This document shows, in pieces, positions 61,117 through 64,000 of a DNA stretch of 64,000 nt. The stretch is from assembly GCA_024679565.1 (NCBI GenBank), contig JAIBDD010000009.1:1109-65108 (forward strand), read 5' to 3'. The first letter of the stretch is position 1. Each line of letters starts with the position of its first letter. A model generated the notes under the pieces. That model made no database searches and was not told the DNA's origin. It saw nothing but the letters and a program-made list of their open reading frames with translations. Source of the DNA: Bacteroidota bacterium (GTDB lineage: Bacteria; Bacteroidota; Bacteroidia; NS11-12g; UBA9320). The translations under genes were made by a program, and so were the position numbers.

Positions 61117-61662
61117 ATGGCAGTAACACGATTAGAGCGTAAAGCAAGAAGAAATAAAACGAAAGCTAAAGAAAGAACCTTAGCGATTAAGCGAAATATC
61201 CGACGCAATTTTGTGGCTTCTCCTTATAAGGAAGAGTCTGGAATTATATTAGAAGACGACGTTTTAACGGTTGCTAAAAACTTAAGCAAGGCATCAAAGC
61301 CTGCAGCGAAAAAAGCAGCAAAAGCAGAATCAAAAGAGGAAGCTCCAGCAGCTGCAAAAAAAGCGGCTAAAACTGAAACAAAAGAAAAGGCTCCTACCGC
61401 TGCAAAGAAAGCAGCTGATAAATTAAACAAGATTGAAGGTATTGGACCTAAAATCGCAAGCGTTTTAAATGAAGCAGGTGTTGATTCATTTGCAACATTG
61501 GCAACTAAATCTCCAGAAGACATTAGAGCCATCTTAGACGCTGCAGAAGGAAACTTCAAAGCACACGATCCAGGCACATGGCCAAAGCAAGCTGAAATGG
61601 CTGCAGCTGGAAACTGGGACGAGTTAAAAACTTGGCAAGACGAACTTAACGGCGGTAAATAA
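61117..61662 (+). CDS. Lys/Ala-rich histone H1-like protein with C-terminal helix-hairpin-helix domain
   Basis: Three AKKAAK-type repeats (PAAKKAAKAESKEEAPAAAKKAAKTETKEKAPTAAKKAADK), then IEGIGPKIASVLNEAGVDSFATLA (HhH). Confidence 0.5.
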   Translation: MAVTRLERKARRNKTKAKERTLAIKRNIRRNFVASPYKEESGIILEDDVLTVAKNLSKASKPAAKKAAKAESKEEAPAAAKKAAKTETKEKAPTAAKKAADKLNKIEGIGPKIASVLNEAGVDSFATLATKSPEDIRAILDAAEGNFKAHDPGTWPKQAEMAAAGNWDELKTWQDELNGGK

Positions 61663-61685
61663 TCCCGTTTAACGATATTAAAAAA

Positions 61686-61715
61686 AGCCCTAATCTTACG
61701 ATTAGGGCTTTTTTG
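61686..61715. terminator. Strong bidirectional Rho-independent terminator
   Basis: A7 (61679-61685), stem AGCCCTAATC (61686-61695), loop TTAC, GATTAGGGCT (61700-61709), then T6 (61710-61715). Confidence 0.7.
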
Positions 61716-61758
61716 TTTACCTATTTTTAAAAGTGCTTTCTTGCTGCACTAGATTATA

Positions 61759-64000
61759 TTAGTTCGATACAACGGCGCCAGCCTCCGCCATTTGCTTAAA
61801 CTTGCCTTTGCTTTTTCGCAATCGACAACTCACAACTTTGTATTCCGGACACATCGCTTCTGAACAGTGCTCGTCTGAGGTAATGATGTTCAACATCACT
61901 TCTGGGAAGTGGAATGTAGAACTCAAGATACCCGGCTTCATTTCATCCGTCACAAATGCTTTGATATCCACTTTACCACGCGGTGATTCTACACACACAA
62001 ACTCACCATCGGCAATACCTTCTTTTTTTGCATCATCTGGGTGAATCAATAGCACGTCTTCGGTAAGGATATCAACGTTTCCTGTTCTTCGGGTCATTGC
62101 ACCACAGTTGTAATGCTCTAACTCACGGTTGGTTGTAATGATATATGGGAAGTCTTTACTGTATTTCTCAAGCTCTTTTGATTCGCTAAACGAATAGAAG
62201 GCAAATTGTCCTTTACCGTTTTTGAACTCTTCGATGTGCAGCATCTGGGTATCTTCTCCATTAGGTTTCACTGGCCATTGCTTTCCATTTTGGCCCAATT
62301 CATCCCATTTTACACCAGCAAAGAATGGAACAATTTGAGAAATCTCTTCTAACATTCCTTTGGCCGTATAATCTGGCTGTTCGTATCCCATACGATTCAT
62401 CATGTCAATTATGATTTGACCGTCAGGTTTTGTACCCTCTAAAGGTTCAACCACTTTATTCACACGTTGAATACGTCGTTCTCCATTTGTAAAGGTTCCT
62501 TCTTTTTCCAAGAAACTTGCGCCTGGCAAAACGACTGTTGCCCGCATGGCTGTTTCAGTCATAAACAACTCTTGTACAACCAGTAAATCAACACTTTCCA
62601 TGGCTTTTATAACCTTGTTGGTATTCGGATCTGTTTGAACCACGTCTTCACCTATTATCCACAATGCTTTTAGATCGCCACTAATGGCTGCATCAAACAT
62701 TTCCGGAATTTTATATCCAATATGACTTGGTACATCTCTTTTATAAAATGTATTGTACCTGTGATTCATTTCTGGATCAGTGACATCTAGGTATCCAGCA
62801 CCTTGATGCGGTTGCGCACCCATATCGGCTGCTCCTTGAACATTGTTTTGTCCTCTTAAAGGATTCATCCCAGCACCTGGTTTACCGATATTACCGGTAA
62901 TCATAACCAAATCAGCAATGAGTTGGATAGCAAAAGTTCCTTGCGAGTGCTCTGTTACACCCAAACCATGGAACTCCATAGCCGCTTTAGAAGAAGCGTA
63001 TGCTTTTGTTGCTTCTTTCACAAGATTGCGATCCACACCTGTTAGGCGCTCCATCTCATCCATATCTAAGGCAAGAATTTCTTTCTTTAATGCTTCAAAT
63101 CCTTCGGTTCGATTGGCTACAAAATCGTCATCTGCCCATCCTTCTGAAATAATGTAATACAACATCATATTCAGCATAGCCACGTTGGTACCTGGTCGTA
63201 ATTGTAGGTGGTAGGTGGCATATTTTGCGAGTTCAATTCGTCTCGGGTCAATCACAATACTGGTGACGCCTTTCATGAACTTCTGCTTTATCTTCACTCC
63301 CGTAACAGGATGTGCATCGGTTGGGTTTGCACCAATTACGATGATACAATCTGTGTGCTCCAAGTCACTAATCGAGTTGGTGGCGGCTCCTGTACCAAAG
63401 GCGCGTTGCATACCTAACGCTGTTGGTGAATGACATACACGTGCACAACAATCGATATTATTGGTACCGACAACTGCTCTAATAAACTTTTGCATTAAGT
63501 AGTTCTCCTCGTTTGGCGTACGCGCCGACGAGATACCAGCGATAGCATCAGGCCCACTTTCTGCTTTAATGCGGTTTAGTTCGTTTTCGATATGTGTGTA
63601 AGCCTCATCCCATGTGGCCTCTTCAAACTTCCCGTTACGTTTAATCAACGGACTTCGTAAACGATCTGGATGGTTATAAAACTTAAAGGCATAACGTCCT
63701 TTAAGACACGTATGCCCTCCATTTGTTTGGGCATCATACGGTGCTTGAATTGACAATATCTCTCCGTTTGAAGTATTCACTTCTAGGTTACATCCTACAC
63801 CACAATACGTACAAATGGTTCGTGTTGTTTCTTCTGTACTGACTGACTTAGATTGAAATACATCAGATATTGCTGATGTTGGGCAAGCTTGGGCACAAGC
63901 ACCACAACTCACACAATCGGACTCCATAAAAGTCAAGTCGTTTCCTTTAACAATATGGCTATCAAACCCACGTCCAGCCATACTTAGCACAAACTCTCCT
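61759..64000 (-). CDS. Formate dehydrogenase alpha subunit (molybdopterin oxidoreductase, Cys-type), partial. The N-terminus lies off the window end
   Basis: 4Fe-4S ferredoxin Cys clusters (CVSCGACAQACP), CTYCGVGC MopB Fe-S motif, ARVCHSPT with Cys at the Sec/Cys active-site position, C-terminal molybdopterin dinucleotide-binding domain. The frame stays open past 63990. Confidence 0.7.
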   Translation of the reverse strand, partial: GEFVLSMAGRGFDSHIVKGNDLTFMESDCVSCGACAQACPTSAISDVFQSKSVSTEETTRTICTYCGVGCNLEVNTSNGEILSIQAPYDAQTNGGHTCLKGRYAFKFYNHPDRLRSPLIKRNGKFEEATWDEAYTHIENELNRIKAESGPDAIAGISSARTPNEENYLMQKFIRAVVGTNNIDCCARVCHSPTALGMQRAFGTGAATNSISDLEHTDCIIVIGANPTDAHPVTGVKIKQKFMKGVTSIVIDPRRIELAKYATYHLQLRPGTNVAMLNMMLYYIISEGWADDDFVANRTEGFEALKKEILALDMDEMERLTGVDRNLVKEATKAYASSKAAMEFHGLGVTEHSQGTFAIQLIADLVMITGNIGKPGAGMNPLRGQNNVQGAADMGAQPHQGAGYLDVTDPEMNHRYNTFYKRDVPSHIGYKIPEMFDAAISGDLKALWIIGEDVVQTDPNTNKVIKAMESVDLLVVQELFMTETAMRATVVLPGASFLEKEGTFTNGERRIQRVNKVVEPLEGTKPDGQIIIDMMNRMGYEQPDYTAKGMLEEISQIVPFFAGVKWDELGQNGKQWPVKPNGEDTQMLHIEEFKNGKGQFAFYSFSESKELEKYSKDFPYIITTNRELEHYNCGAMTRRTGNVDILTEDVLLIHPDDAKKEGIADGEFVCVESPRGKVDIKAFVTDEMKPGILSSTFHFPEVMLNIITSDEHCSEAMCPEYKVVSCRLRKSKGKFKQMAEAGAVVSN

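Noticed and set aside
1-64000. tRNA/rRNA genes, CRISPR arrays, transposases, integrases, phage genes
   Set aside because: I inspected every intergenic region of 60 bp or more (3193-3355, 6852-7021, 10981-11107, 18445-18566, 19971-20809, 32354-32575, 33584-33774, 46490-46599, 55895-56105, 56961-57089, 60949-61098). None shows a cloverleaf-compatible arrangement, direct repeat array or mobile-element ORF.

Overview
The window reads as a Flavobacteriia-type Bacteroidota chromosome segment. Evidence: T9SS C-terminal sorting domains, TAnnTTTG-type -7 promoter boxes, near-absence of Shine-Dalgarno sequences, and lipoprotein-rich glycan loci. No tRNA, rRNA, CRISPR array, transposase or integrase was found.

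Three blocks:
- 1-20 kb: housekeeping and signalling genes. These are a PASTA-domain protein, an unusual tandem D-Ala-D-Ala-ligase-like fusion, a TlpA-like oxidoreductase, uvrA, and an ECF sigma factor. There is also a PAS histidine kinase with a stand-alone receiver, an arginase-family gene, a DUF58 gene, trxA, an M23 peptidase, an orphan histidine kinase, a cyclase translationally coupled to a GT9 heptosyltransferase, and a T9SS cargo protein.
- 20-33 kb: an 840-bp gene-free island, then a MORN/YwqK-repeat protein, a porin-like protein and an FMN-bind protein carrying an SGAT flavinylation motif. These are followed by a conserved RDD / SpoIIM-like / DUF4129 / DUF4350 membrane cluster of unknown function, a UDG-family gene and clpB.
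- 36-57 kb: a beta-glucan (laminarin-type) utilisation locus with no SusC/SusD pair. It is organised as two divergent operons around a NUDIX (NrtR-like) regulator whose start codon sits inside a perfect 8-bp inverted repeat. One operon carries a clan GH-A hydrolase, an SSF symporter, two uncharacterised outer-membrane beta-barrels, two lipoproteins (one CBM9-like) and a small GH16-like lipoprotein. The other carries an MFS sugar porter, a GH16 laminarinase-like lipoprotein, a GH30 enzyme and a 1138-aa signal-less protein. I hypothesise that the 1138-aa protein is a GH149/GH161-type beta-1,3-glucan phosphorylase. A T9SS protein with an internal tandem domain duplication and a BadF-type sugar kinase follow.

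The window ends with queA, trkH/trkA, a Lys/Ala-rich HhH protein and a partial Cys-type formate dehydrogenase alpha subunit.

All assignments come from motif and architecture recognition by eye. No database search was run.
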